The translations under genes and the position numbers were made by a program. Shown piece after piece: positions 11,329 to 21,138 of a stretch of 64,000 nt of DNA. Numbering within the stretch: the stretch's first letter is position 1; each line of letters begins with the position of its first letter. Source of the DNA: Blastocatellia bacterium (lineage in GTDB: Bacteria > Acidobacteriota > Blastocatellia > UBA7656); NCBI GenBank assembly GCA_963765495.1, contig CAVXWP010000006.1, positions 160,001 through 224,000 of the forward strand, in the 5' to 3' direction. The notes below the pieces were generated by a model. That model did no database searches. It saw only the letters and a list, made by a program, of their open reading frames with translations, and was not told the origin of the DNA.

Positions 11329-13089
11329 CTATTGGCGGCGAAGCTGTTCTTCAATCCGTCGCAGCCGCGCCTCCTGTTCAGCAAGCCTCTGCTTCAACCG
11401 GTCATTTTCAGCCTTCAAATCCTTGATGGCTTGCAGCATCAGAAAAGGCAGCTTGTTGTAGCGGACCACCTTAAAACCCTGCTCATCGTCGGCCACAAGA
11501 TCGGGCATCACCTTCTCTACCTCCTGAGCTACGAGGCCGAACGAGCGAGAGGAGCCAAGGTGCTGGTCGGGATACTCATCGCTTTTCCAGTAGAAGTAAA
11601 CCGGCTGTAGGCGGACAAGCGAGTCGAGCGTGAAAGGGAAGGGGGTGATGTTGCGTTTTAAGCGGATGTCTGAGGAGCAGGTGCCGGCGATGACAGTAGA
11701 GTCGCGGTCTCTGACGCAGCCTGTCGTGCCTGTGCCTACGCGAATGTTGCCTGAAACGTCGAGCCTGTCAAGGGGAGCGGTCAGGCCGATGCCTACGCGG
11801 GTATTTGCTGTAGCACCGTTGACGCCGCTGATGGAGCCGAGGACGATGCTGTCGTTTGCGGTCACAAATGCGCGGGCTCCGATGGCGGTGGCGTTTGTGA
11901 GATTTGTTGATCCGACATCTGCATCAAAGCCAATGATGGTGTTATCGCTGCCAGTTGTGTTACCCCCGCCAGCCCCCTGCCCAAAGAAGGCATTCTCATT
12001 GCCCGTGAAGTTATTAATGCCGGCAGCGCGCCCGAAGAAGGCATTCTCATTGCCCGTGAAGTTATTAATGCCGGCAGCGCGCCCGAAGAAGGCATTCTCA
12101 TTGCCCGTGAAGTTATTTCTGCCAGCAAAGCGCCCGAAGAAGGAATTATCGCGGCCTGTCGAGTTCGTGAAGCCAGCCGATTCCCCGAAGAAGGAGTTAT
12201 TGTCACCCGTCGTATTACCCGAGCCAGCCCCGACGCCGAAGAAGGAGTTGAAACCTCCCATTGTATTAATCAGCCCTGCTGCTGCCCCGAAGAATGAGTT
12301 GAAGGTACCCTCTGTATTGTGCAAGCCTGCCGACTCCCCAAAGAAGGAATTCCCCCCTCCCGTTGTGTTGGACGCTCCTGCAAGCCCTCCCGCAAAGAGG
12401 TTACTACTTCCCGCAATGCTCAACACACGGCTTCCTCCGATGTTGTACTGCGTCAAAGCATTCATCGTGTTTGCCGAAACCGTTCCCCCTGCTGTCCCGT
12501 TCCCCGATATGTTGAAGTTGCTGGCCGCCTGCTGCGCGCTCGTGTTCTGGATGTAGTTGCCGCTCCCCGAAGGCACGCTCCCCGGTGGAATCTCTCCGAC
12601 TATCTTGCTGCCTGCAACGGTGTTTATTTGCGTGTCCTGCACACACGCGACACAGCTAGGGCTGAGAGCATCGGCAGATGTGGAAGTGAGACTGCGGATA
12701 GCGTATGGAGTGGATGTGATCTGTTGGCGCGGGCTTAGAAGGGTGAAGGCCCCTGTGCTTGCCCCTGGCCTCACGCCAATCTCAAGGAAGCGGTCGGCCC
12801 CTGTGAAGACAGATGCTGAGAAGTCGAGAAGCACAGAGAAGGAGCCGTCGGTGACAGTCACATCATCGAGTGTGATGGTAGTGCCAATCTGAGAGGTGGA
12901 AGAGAGCATATCGAAGAGCTTGAACTGGAAGTCGAACAGACCATTGGCCGGAGAGCCGGAATCATCCAATCTCCCCTGGTAGGTGAAGGCGGAAGTCTGA
13001 GCCAGCGCCGGGCCCGAGGAAGCAAGCCACAGCAATGAAGTCGCAATCAAAGCAAACAAGCGCGGGCGAGAGAGAAGATTTCTTGACAC
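11329..13089 (-). CDS. Secreted fibre-like protein with 17-aa repeats and a C-terminal Peptidase_S74 intramolecular chaperone (F1)
   Basis: GTG start after AGGAGG; signal peptide ending ALA-Q; 'AFTYQGRL' N-domain; 8 'FFG' 17-aa repeats; 'SSDIRLKRNI', 'GLVAQEVEKVMP', 'VRYNKL', coiled coil. Confidence 0.85.
   Translation of the reverse strand: MSRNLLSRPRLFALIATSLLWLASSGPALAQTSAFTYQGRLDDSGSPANGLFDFQFKLFDMLSSTSQIGTTITLDDVTVTDGSFSVLLDFSASVFTGADRFLEIGVRPGASTGAFTLLSPRQQITSTPYAIRSLTSTSADALSPSCVACVQDTQINTVAGSKIVGEIPPGSVPSGSGNYIQNTSAQQAASNFNISGNGTAGGTVSANTMNALTQYNIGGSRVLSIAGSSNLFAGGLAGASNTTGGGNSFFGESAGLHNTEGTFNSFFGAAAGLINTMGGFNSFFGVGAGSGNTTGDNNSFFGESAGFTNSTGRDNSFFGRFAGRNNFTGNENAFFGRAAGINNFTGNENAFFGRAAGINNFTGNENAFFGQGAGGGNTTGSDNTIIGFDADVGSTNLTNATAIGARAFVTANDSIVLGSISGVNGATANTRVGIGLTAPLDRLDVSGNIRVGTGTTGCVRDRDSTVIAGTCSSDIRLKRNITPFPFTLDSLVRLQPVYFYWKSDEYPDQHLGSSRSFGLVAQEVEKVMPDLVADDEQGFKVVRYNKLPFLMLQAIKDLKAENDRLKQRLAEQEARLRRIEEQLRRQ
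11984..12117 (-). repeat. Exact 51-bp tandem repeat (about 2.6 copies) in F1
   Basis: Unit gaagaaggcattctcattgcccgtgaagttattaatgccggcagcgcgccc, encoding NNFTGNENAFFGRAAGI. Confidence 0.95.
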
Positions 13090-13268
13090 GATAGACCTCC
13101 TGAGCGGGTAGCCGTGCAAAATAGAAACCGATCAAAGGAAGCGAGGAAGAGAGAAAACAACAAGCCACGGCACGGGATCGAATTCAGTGCGTCGGATACG
13201 GCAAGAGGTTAGCTCGAAATGCGCTCCGTTTACAGAGCATATTTATGCGTTTTTTTGAAAGTAAAATG

Positions 13269-13369
13269 AGACGCGGAGACACGGAGACACGGAGACACGG
13301 AGACGCGGCCAAAGAGAGGTCGTGCGTCCAACTACCCCCCGGCCCCCGGCCCCTGCCCCCCGGCCCCCG
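13269..13369. repeat. Tandem 8-mer (GGAGACAC) run followed by a 7-mer (CCCCCGG) run
   Basis: agacgcggagacacggagacacggagacacggagacgcgg; cccccggcccccggcccctgccccccggcccc. Confidence 0.75.
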
Positions 13370-13370
13370 C

Positions 13371-14030
13371 CTAGATGAGCCCGCTTCGGATGGCTTTGCT
13401 TACGGCCTCAGACTTGGAATGGACGTGGAGTTTTTCATAGACGGTGCGGATGTAGTTGCGCACCGTGTTGACGCTTATCTTCATCTGGCCCGCCGCGCCC
13501 TGATAGCTAAAGCCATCGGCCAGCAGTTTGAGCAATCGCACTTCCTGCGCCGTCAGGTGCTCGTCTATCTTTTTGTGCGGACCTATGCTCTGAAAGAGCC
13601 GGACGACTTTTCTGGCTATCTCAGGCGACATCGGGGCGCCGCCATCATAGACCTCTCTTATATATTCGAGCAGGCGGGCGGGCGGAGTCTTCTTCAATAG
13701 ATAGCCGCTCGCCCCGTTGCATATAGACTCGAAGACCCTGTCCTGTTCGTCGTAAACCGTGAGCATCAGGACTTGCATGTCGCGAAACTTCTCTTTGAAG
13801 ACCGCGACGCCGTCAGACCCCTGTATACCGGGCAGGTGAATGTCCAGCAACAGCACGTCGGGCAGGTCGAACTTAATCAGCCGCAGGGCCTCTTCGACCG
13901 AGCTAAAAGTGCGGACGCAACGATAACCGGCCGTTGCATTTATCAAGACGGCCAGCCCCTCGCGCAGCGAACGGTCATCCTCGACTATCCCAACGCTGAT
14001 CGTTTTATCATCGACCTTCACCTGAATCAC
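13371..14030 (-). CDS. NarL/LuxR-family response regulator
   Basis: REC motifs 'IVEDD', 'LLDIHLPG', 'GASGYLLK'; LuxR HTH 'ISVNTVRNYIRTVYEKLHV'. Confidence 0.95.
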   Translation of the reverse strand: MIQVKVDDKTISVGIVEDDRSLREGLAVLINATAGYRCVRTFSSVEEALRLIKFDLPDVLLLDIHLPGIQGSDGVAVFKEKFRDMQVLMLTVYDEQDRVFESICNGASGYLLKKTPPARLLEYIREVYDGGAPMSPEIARKVVRLFQSIGPHKKIDEHLTAQEVRLLKLLADGFSYQGAAGQMKISVNTVRNYIRTVYEKLHVHSKSEAVSKAIRSGLI

Positions 14031-14110
14031 CGCTCCCCTCCCGGCCCCCGATACTATAGCGCGACGCGCCTGCTCACAAGAGCATAGATATGCGCCCCTT
14101 TGCGCGATTG

Positions 14111-17100
14111 CTATGGAAATCTCCTGAGCGGGAAGGTGAATCTGATATGCGTCCCTCGTCCGGGCGCTGACGAGATGTCAATATCTCCGCCGATTTCAGC
14201 CGCCCGCTTCCGCATATTTACGAGTCCGTTTCCTCCGAGAGAGGTTGTGGAAAGCGCTTCCGCATCGAACCCACACCCGTCATCGCTTATCTCTGCCATC
14301 AATCGATGATCCATAATCGCAAGGCTTAGCCGAGCCAGATTGCACCCCGAATGACGAGCTACATTGTTGAGGGCTTCCTTGAGGATCAGAAACAGGTGAC
14401 GGCGCACTTCGGGGGCAAGCTTTATGTTTTCCAGACCGGGCGGCAGGTTTAGCTCCCATTCTATTTGCTTCGCTTCGAGCACATCCGAGGCGAAGCGCCT
14501 TACTCTTTGCGCAACGTCTTTGAGGCTGTCCTTGCGAGGGTCTATCGACCACACGATGTCGCTCATCGAATCGACAAGGCCGCGAGCCGAGTCGGCGACC
14601 TCCGTAAGCGTACCGGCTATCTCTTTGCGCCCGGGTTCGATCTGTTGTTTTGCGACTTCGCTGAGTATGGCTATCCTCGAAAGGCTTGCTCCTATGTCGT
14701 CGTGCAGGTCTGTGGCTATGCGCGTGCGCACACGTTCGAGTTCGAGCAGCCGTGCTACCCTGTAGCGTTCAAATAGAAATATGAGCAACCCTGCAAACAT
14801 CGCAACAATCGCAATAAACCACCACCGCTGCCATACAGGGCTGAGGATTGTGAAAGAGATCTGTGCGGGCGCGGGGCTTCGGGTGCCGTCTGAAGTTATA
14901 GCCTCTACGAGAAAGCGATACCTGCCCGGCGACAGGCGCAGGTTTACGGTTCGCTGAGGGGTGGGCGCGCTCCAGTCGCGGTCAAGCCCTTCGATTTTGT
15001 AGCGATATGTGAGCGCCCCGCCAGAAGCAAAACTCAGACCGAAGAAGTCTATCTGTATTTGATTTCGGTTCGAGTCCAATTCCGGGCCTTCGACAAGGCT
15101 TTCGCCAAAGACGGAGAGCGGATAGTCGACTCCGGCGATCTGCAACCGGCTTATAAAGACGGGCGGCGGCGTTGTAAGCCGTTCAGGTCCGGGTGTGATT
15201 CGTGAGAGTCCATGAAATGTGCCGAACCACACACGACCCTGATGGTCCCCAAAAACGGAATATAGGGTTTCTGCCGAGAGGCCATCGGCAATCGTGTAGT
15301 GGATGATCCGGCCCGTTTTCGGGTCGAAGCGATCTACGCCGTTTATGGTGTCGACGTAAATGCGCCCCTGAAGATCTTCGGTCAATTTCCCGACTATATT
15401 GCTCGATAGGCCATCCTGCGTTCGATACGTTTTGAAATCCGGTCGCTCCGCTTCTGGCTCATTCACGCGGCACAATCCGCCACGTCCGCTTGTGACCGAA
15501 ACCCAGAGCCTGCCTGAGCGGTCGAGGTGTATAGCCCTGACCTCTCCGTCTGGAAGGCCGTCTCTTGAGGTAAAGATCGTGAAGCGCCCTTCGCGGTAGC
15601 GCGCCATTCCGCTATCGCGAAACCCTATCCAGAGGCTTCCACCAGAGTCCTCGCAAAGGGCTGTGACCGTATTGAGCGTAGGCAGTCCATCACGGTCGGA
15701 GTAGCGATGGAAGCGCCCTGTCGCCCGCTCCCACCGCGTCAGCACTCCGCGCCCGGGAGCGAATGTAGCTATCCAGATATCACCCCGCGAGTCCTCAAAC
15801 AACTGCGTTACATCATTGCCCGCCAGACCGTCGCGCGTTGTAAAGACCGCAAGCGGGCGGGCGCTTGCGAGTTCTTCGAATCTGTTGACTTTCGGAAAGC
15901 GATATAGCCCTTCACGGGTCGCCACCCACCACTCTCCCTTATGGTCCTTTATCACTCCGTGATTGGGGGCGAAGTCGGCATCATTGATGTGTCCGGGCAG
16001 GTTGAACCGTACAGATGTAATCCTCTCTCCAACGAGGCGGTGTAATCGCCACCCCGCGCCCAAAAAGTAGAGATGCCCGGTATGGTCTTCGAATATATTG
16101 GTAATCATATTCGCTTCCAGCCCGTCGGTTTCCGTATAAGTGATGAATCCGCTTCTGATTATTTTGACGACCCCTTTGTGTAAAATGGCTATCCATATGT
16201 TTCCGTTTACGTCCTCGGCAAGTCCTCCGGCAATCTCCCCGACCTCTGGCGCTATGGTGTATGTGCGAAACCTGCGGCCGTCGAACTCTATCAGTCCCTT
16301 CTTCCTGCTGGTCATGTATATTCGCCCGTCTGAGAACTGGCTTACGGTCTTCGCGCTGCTATTTGCGTCACTGGTTATTGAAAGCCACACGGCCTCGCCC
16401 CGTTCTGCGGGCAAGCCGACATCGGGTTGATGGGGATCATAGATCGCGTCGCTTTCAACAAGACTGCGCCAGAGGGTGTGGTCCGTCAGCCCGGCTTCTG
16501 CGGTCTGTAAGGGGTTGACCACGAGCAATCCCGCTTCGTGATCGACCCACAACCGCTCCTGCCCGTCTATCAGGAGCGAGTAGACCACATCCGTTCCTTT
16601 CGATGTCGGCCTGACCCTGTAGTGAAGCATGCGGGCGTCACCTGAGCGCCGCACAAGCCCATACTTCGTCCCTATCCACAGGCTGCCTTCGGCGTCTTCG
16701 ATAATCGTCCACACCTGAACAAGCGAGTCGGGGTGCGAGGGAAAGCCTAGCCCGACTGCGAGGAAGAAAGCGCCCGGGCCTCTATCGCTCAGCACAAACA
16801 GGCCGCCATCGGTCCCGGCCCATATCCGCCCGCTGCGGTCTTCATATAAAACGTTTACGCGGTTGCCTGCCCCTGTATCCCCGATCCTGTAGACGGTAAA
16901 GAGTTTCCCGGCTTTATCCTGCAATTGACCGGGGGGATAGGGTTTGCCTGTGGGAGAGTAATTGAATCGGCAGACGCCTGAGCCGTTGGTTGCGGTCCAG
17001 TAATTGCCGTCGCGGGTTTCGAGGAAATCGTTAAAGATAGGAAATGCCAATCCCTCATCCAGCCCGAGGGTGAAGAAATTCTGGCCGTCAAACCGGCTCA

Positions 17101-17323
17101 ACCCGTTGGAGGTGCAGAACCACAAAAACCCCAGCGAATCACAAACTATGCGATTGACGCGGTTGTGCGCCAGCCCTTCGTTTGCGGTGTAATGGCGTAT
17201 GGGTAACCGCTCGGCGAGCGAGATCTGCGGGACCGCAGCAAACAAACAAATCAGCAAAAGCGCGCAGGATAGTGTAATACAGCTGCGGAAAAGGCTATTT
17301 CTCTCTGGTCTTGTAGAACTCAT
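14111..17323 (-). CDS. Sensor histidine kinase with periplasmic beta-propeller repeats, Y_Y_Y domain and HisKA_3/HATPase
   Basis: Repeated 'DGL..N.V..L.ED..G.IW'; 'YRYKIEGLD'; TM; 'RIATDLHDDIGASLS'; 'EALNNVARHS', 'DDGCGF', 'GNGLVNM'. Confidence 0.93.
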   Translation of the reverse strand: MSSTRPERNSLFRSCITLSCALLLICLFAAVPQISLAERLPIRHYTANEGLAHNRVNRIVCDSLGFLWFCTSNGLSRFDGQNFFTLGLDEGLAFPIFNDFLETRDGNYWTATNGSGVCRFNYSPTGKPYPPGQLQDKAGKLFTVYRIGDTGAGNRVNVLYEDRSGRIWAGTDGGLFVLSDRGPGAFFLAVGLGFPSHPDSLVQVWTIIEDAEGSLWIGTKYGLVRRSGDARMLHYRVRPTSKGTDVVYSLLIDGQERLWVDHEAGLLVVNPLQTAEAGLTDHTLWRSLVESDAIYDPHQPDVGLPAERGEAVWLSITSDANSSAKTVSQFSDGRIYMTSRKKGLIEFDGRRFRTYTIAPEVGEIAGGLAEDVNGNIWIAILHKGVVKIIRSGFITYTETDGLEANMITNIFEDHTGHLYFLGAGWRLHRLVGERITSVRFNLPGHINDADFAPNHGVIKDHKGEWWVATREGLYRFPKVNRFEELASARPLAVFTTRDGLAGNDVTQLFEDSRGDIWIATFAPGRGVLTRWERATGRFHRYSDRDGLPTLNTVTALCEDSGGSLWIGFRDSGMARYREGRFTIFTSRDGLPDGEVRAIHLDRSGRLWVSVTSGRGGLCRVNEPEAERPDFKTYRTQDGLSSNIVGKLTEDLQGRIYVDTINGVDRFDPKTGRIIHYTIADGLSAETLYSVFGDHQGRVWFGTFHGLSRITPGPERLTTPPPVFISRLQIAGVDYPLSVFGESLVEGPELDSNRNQIQIDFFGLSFASGGALTYRYKIEGLDRDWSAPTPQRTVNLRLSPGRYRFLVEAITSDGTRSPAPAQISFTILSPVWQRWWFIAIVAMFAGLLIFLFERYRVARLLELERVRTRIATDLHDDIGASLSRIAILSEVAKQQIEPGRKEIAGTLTEVADSARGLVDSMSDIVWSIDPRKDSLKDVAQRVRRFASDVLEAKQIEWELNLPPGLENIKLAPEVRRHLFLILKEALNNVARHSGCNLARLSLAIMDHRLMAEISDDGCGFDAEALSTTSLGGNGLVNMRKRAAEIGGDIDISSAPGRGTHIRFTFPLRRFP

Positions 17324-17520
17324 AGACCCTGTAGGAAGAGATGAAGCAATATCTTTACAGATTTATCAGGGGCATTCAAATCTAAGGGAAATTCTTCGCC
17401 TACCTGCATACTGAACGCATGCGCGGGCCTGCGCCTCTCTCAAAGACCGAAAGCCGCTAATATCGCGGAGCTTTTTCATAAGGCAAAGACTCTCTTTCTA
17501 CTATCTCGGCATCGCGCCGA

Positions 17521-17550
17521 TTGACCTGCGTCCCAGGTTTGCCATAATAT
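17521..17550 (+). promoter_or_regulatory. Predicted sigma70 promoter
   Basis: TTGACC ... CATAAT/TAATAT (16-18 bp spacer), 40 bp before 17590. Confidence 0.45.
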
Positions 17551-17589
17551 AGCCCACTCACCAATTCTTCTTAAGAAGGGTATAACGCG

Positions 17590-17868
17590 ATGGCAGAAGC
17601 CGACACGCTCGACATCAAATCGAGAGAGATACAAGCCCCGACAAAACAGACCGGCCAGTATCGCCCGCTGCTAGCCGGACAGACCGTCTGCACCGTCAAG
17701 GATGAAAAGGGCAACAATTGCGCGGGCCACGTCAAGCAATGGCTGACGGCCCCGGCGGAGGTCGAAGCGCAGGCCGCCGACGGAAACACCATTCACCGCT
17801 GCCAGCGGTGCTACACGATTTATGAGGGACCGCCTCAACAGTATCTGCACCCGAGCGTCAAGAAATGA
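17590..17868 (+). CDS. Small hypothetical protein with four Cys (putative Zn finger)
   Basis: 92 aa; 'CTVKDEKGNNC' and 'CQRC'; upstream promoter and SD. Confidence 0.7.
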   Translation: MAEADTLDIKSREIQAPTKQTGQYRPLLAGQTVCTVKDEKGNNCAGHVKQWLTAPAEVEAQAADGNTIHRCQRCYTIYEGPPQQYLHPSVKK

Positions 17869-17903
17869 CCCGGCATCTGTGCAGAGAAAGCAGGACACCC
17901 GTA

Positions 17904-18923
17904 ATGAAAATCAAAGTAAATCTGTTGATGGCGACCGCCTTTATCACGGCGCTTTTGATTCCAGCCATCCGGGCTTATTCGCAGGAACCGACCGCAAAGA
18001 AGGTCGCGGGTAATCGAAAGGAGGCAAGGTCTGTCATGCTCAAAGACGACTATAAGGATGTAAACGGCGTGCGGCTCCATTACGTCACGGCAGGTGACGG
18101 AAAGCTCATAATGTTTGTTCACGGCTTTCCAGAATTCTGGTACGAGTGGAAAAACCAGTTGAATGAATTTGGGCGCGACTACCTGGCGGTAGCCCCGGAT
18201 ATGCGTGGGTACAATCTGTCGTCAAAACCCGAAGGCGTAGACCAGTATCAGGTCAAATACCTGATCGAGGATTTGCGGGCGCTGGCCGAATCTCTCGGCC
18301 ACAAGAAATTCATCCTCGTAGCCCACGACTGGGGCGGAGCAATCGCGTGGGGCTTTGCGATTGCTCACCCTGAATACCTTGAAAAACTCATAATCATCAA
18401 CGCGCCGCACCCGGCGATCTTTCAGCGCGAGATACGCGACAACCCTGCGCAACAAAAAGCGAGCCAGTACATGCTGATGTTTCGCAGCGCGCAGGCCGAG
18501 CAGATCCTTTCGGCCAACAACTATGCCGCGCTTGTCGGGGCCGTGCTCGGCGAAGGCTTGAAACAGGGGCACTTCACCGAAGAGGACCGCAAGGCATACA
18601 TCGAAGCGTGGTCTCAGCCGGGCGCGCTCACAGGCGGTTTGAATTATTACCGCGCCGCGCGCATCGGCCCTCCGACGACTGATGAGGAAAAGCAAGGGCC
18701 GGGTTTTGCCGGGCCGCTACAATCATTTGAAGTAAAGGTACCCACGCTTGTCATCTGGGGCGAGAAGGACACGGCGCTGCTTACGGGCAACCTCGAAGGG
18801 CTCGATAAATACGTCCCCGATCTGACGATAAAACGCATCCCCGACGGCACACACTGGGTCGTACACGAAAAGCCCGAGCTTGTGAACTCTTACATAAGGG
18901 AATTCATTGAGGGTAAGCGATAA
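17904..18923 (+). CDS. Alpha/beta hydrolase, epoxide hydrolase-like, with signal peptide
   Basis: 'HGFPEFWY', 'DMRGYNLS', nucleophile 'AHDWGG', 'WGEKD', 'HWVVHE'. Confidence 0.9.
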   Translation: MKIKVNLLMATAFITALLIPAIRAYSQEPTAKKVAGNRKEARSVMLKDDYKDVNGVRLHYVTAGDGKLIMFVHGFPEFWYEWKNQLNEFGRDYLAVAPDMRGYNLSSKPEGVDQYQVKYLIEDLRALAESLGHKKFILVAHDWGGAIAWGFAIAHPEYLEKLIIINAPHPAIFQREIRDNPAQQKASQYMLMFRSAQAEQILSANNYAALVGAVLGEGLKQGHFTEEDRKAYIEAWSQPGALTGGLNYYRAARIGPPTTDEEKQGPGFAGPLQSFEVKVPTLVIWGEKDTALLTGNLEGLDKYVPDLTIKRIPDGTHWVVHEKPELVNSYIREFIEGKR

Positions 18924-20577
18924 GGCCCGCCGTGTGATTCGTGATTGAAGGCTGGTTGAGAATCGCCTCCCTGCACATATCTGCGTCCGGGTGATCAGAG
19001 CAGACGATCTTCTTCAGGTTGAAGATGAGAAGCTGTTGTTGCTCGATCCGGGCCTGCTGCTGATTGATGGCATTGATGAGCGCGACCGTGATGCGGTCGT
19101 ACTTGACCCCCTCGATTTCGCCTTTATCGTTGTGAGTCACAAGCAGCGGCTCAACTCGCGCTACATCTTCTGCCGCAAGACCGAGGTCGCGCGTTCCATC
19201 CTGTTTCCACGTAAAGCTAATTGGTCGCAATAGCCTGATGATCTCTAATCCGCCCGGGAAAGGCTGCACTTCGGTCTTGTAGCGCAGGCTTGATGAGCAG
19301 GTGGAAATTTGATTCGAGGAATTGCGACATAGTGAAGTGCTGCCCGCCGCGCCGAGACCCGGAATCACCACGACATCGGAAGTAGTGCCAAGCACGATTG
19401 TGTTTGAGGTTGATACCCTCGCGCCGTAGCCGATGGCGGTCGAGTGGTTTACGCCTGAGAGGCTGACTACCGTATTTGAGCCGAGCAGGGTGTTTTGGTT
19501 CCCGATAGCGTTGAGTGGGCCAAAGCCCGTCCTCGCGCCGATAAACGTGTTTGATGAACCCGTCGAGCCGTTGCCGCCAGCCTGAATTCCAAAGAAGGAG
19601 TTGTCAGTGCCTGTCGTATTGCCCAGACCTGCGTCTTCTCCGAAGAAAGAGTTGCAGCAGCCCGTCGTGTTTGTAGCGCCTACGTGCCATCCGAAGAAGG
19701 CGTTGCCTCCGCCCGTTGTGTTGGCATTTCCGGCCTCCCATCCGAAGAAGGAGTTGAGAGCGCCTGACGTATTACTTGTGCCCGAATCCTTTCCGAAGAA
19801 GGCATTCTCAGTTCCGGTCGTGAGGCTCGCGCCCGCGCCGAGTCCGGCGAACAGATTCCCCGTACCCGGCGCGGCGAGCACCCGACTGCCTCCGATGTCG
19901 TACTGCGTCTGCGCGTTGACGATACCGGGCGAGAGTGAGCCGCCTACGCTGAGATTGCCGCCGATTGTCCCGTTGCCTGAGATGTTGAAATTGGTTGCGG
20001 CTTGCTGGCTGGTGCTGTTCTGTATGTAATTCGCGCTGCCCGAGGTCGGCGGCCTTGCATCCGATAGCCGGGCATCGGTCGTCACAACGTACTGGCTTGC
20101 CGCAATTCCTCCTAGCTGTGCCGCATTCGCCGCATTCGCCGCATTCGTCGCCGTGTCTGCCGATGTGGCAATCGTGCTCCGCACGGCGTAAGGCGCAGAC
20201 GACAAAGGCTGGCGAGGTGAAAGTACAGTAAATGCGTCAGGGCTGCCCGCTGGCCGTACACCTATCTCAAGAAATCGCGGGGCACCGCTAAACACACTTG
20301 CTCCGAAATCAAGCTGAACGGTGAATGCGCCGTTTGTCACCTGCACCGCAAGGCTGGTGATCGTAGCTCCAACCTGGTTGCCTGTGACAAAGTCCGTTGA
20401 GTCGAACAGCTTGAACTGCATATCGTAGCTGCCGTTTGCGGGGGTGCCTGAGTTAGTCAGACTGCCCTGATAGGCGAATGCCGCGCCTTGCGCAAACGCC
20501 GAGCGGGACGCGAGAAAACATATGAGCGTCAGTAACGATAGGATTGAAGTGCAGCGCTTGAACGATATTTTCAACAT
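18904..20577 (-). CDS. Second secreted fibre-like protein with an S74 chaperone domain (F2)
   Basis: Signal peptide; 'AFAYQGSL' N-domain very similar to F1; 5 'FFG' 17-aa repeats; 'SSSLRYK', 'GLAAEDV', 'GVKYDRI'. Confidence 0.85.
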   Translation of the reverse strand: MLKISFKRCTSILSLLTLICFLASRSAFAQGAAFAYQGSLTNSGTPANGSYDMQFKLFDSTDFVTGNQVGATITSLAVQVTNGAFTVQLDFGASVFSGAPRFLEIGVRPAGSPDAFTVLSPRQPLSSAPYAVRSTIATSADTATNAANAANAAQLGGIAASQYVVTTDARLSDARPPTSGSANYIQNSTSQQAATNFNISGNGTIGGNLSVGGSLSPGIVNAQTQYDIGGSRVLAAPGTGNLFAGLGAGASLTTGTENAFFGKDSGTSNTSGALNSFFGWEAGNANTTGGGNAFFGWHVGATNTTGCCNSFFGEDAGLGNTTGTDNSFFGIQAGGNGSTGSSNTFIGARTGFGPLNAIGNQNTLLGSNTVVSLSGVNHSTAIGYGARVSTSNTIVLGTTSDVVVIPGLGAAGSTSLCRNSSNQISTCSSSLRYKTEVQPFPGGLEIIRLLRPISFTWKQDGTRDLGLAAEDVARVEPLLVTHNDKGEIEGVKYDRITVALINAINQQQARIEQQQLLIFNLKKIVCSDHPDADMCREAILNQPSITNHTAGLIAYPQ

Positions 20578-20634
20578 CGCCGGTATCTCCTCGAAAGCTT
20601 CGAACCATTTGTCCGGGTCTGTGCGATAGATCGG

Positions 20635-21138
20635 CTAGCCGACTAATATCCCGATGATTGAGATAACTACGTAAAGGATTTGGCCGGTAGCATCGGCCAA
20701 CACCTCGCTTGTAATCCACAGACTTCGCAAGTCTTCCCGCCTGACGGCCAACTCCGTGCGCAGCAGCATGCTGCGCTCTCTGCCGCCTAACTGGTTGCGG
20801 CTGACTTCGAAAGAACACATATGATCCGGTTCAAGGATCAGCGGCTCTTCGGCCTGTTTCACTATCGTCCCGTCGGCACCAACAAAACTGGGCTGCACAC
20901 TGATCCTGCGCGTGCCAACATTAGTCAGCGTCGTGCGCAGGCTCTGGCCGAAGACAAGGCTCGTAGAGCCTAACGGGAGGCTGATTCCCTGTCTTTCGTC
21001 GCCACTTGCTGCTTCGACCACCGAAGCTACCGAGGCAGCGACGAGTGATGCTCCGGCAACTTTCAGGAAGCTCCTTCTGTTGTCCGTTTGTACCTTTGTT
21101 GATCCGTTCTGATTGAGGTCAATACTGCTGATTTTCAT
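20635..21138 (-). CDS. Small secreted hypothetical protein with a Tat signal (partner A2)
   Basis: 'NRRSFLK' twin-arginine motif; similar to A1. Confidence 0.75.
   Translation of the reverse strand: MKISSIDLNQNGSTKVQTDNRRSFLKVAGASLVAASVASVVEAASGDERQGISLPLGSTSLVFGQSLRTTLTNVGTRRISVQPSFVGADGTIVKQAEEPLILEPDHMCSFEVSRNQLGGRERSMLLRTELAVRREDLRSLWITSEVLADATGQILYVVISIIGILVG

Noticed and set aside
11984-12117. CRISPR array or DGR template/variable repeat
   Set aside because: The repeats are head-to-tail with no spacers and in-frame in a CDS; no cas or reverse transcriptase gene; no adenine-specific divergence
11329-20577. Prophage, suggested by tail-fibre/S74 domains
   Set aside because: Both proteins have signal peptides; no capsid, terminase, integrase or other phage genes are in the window
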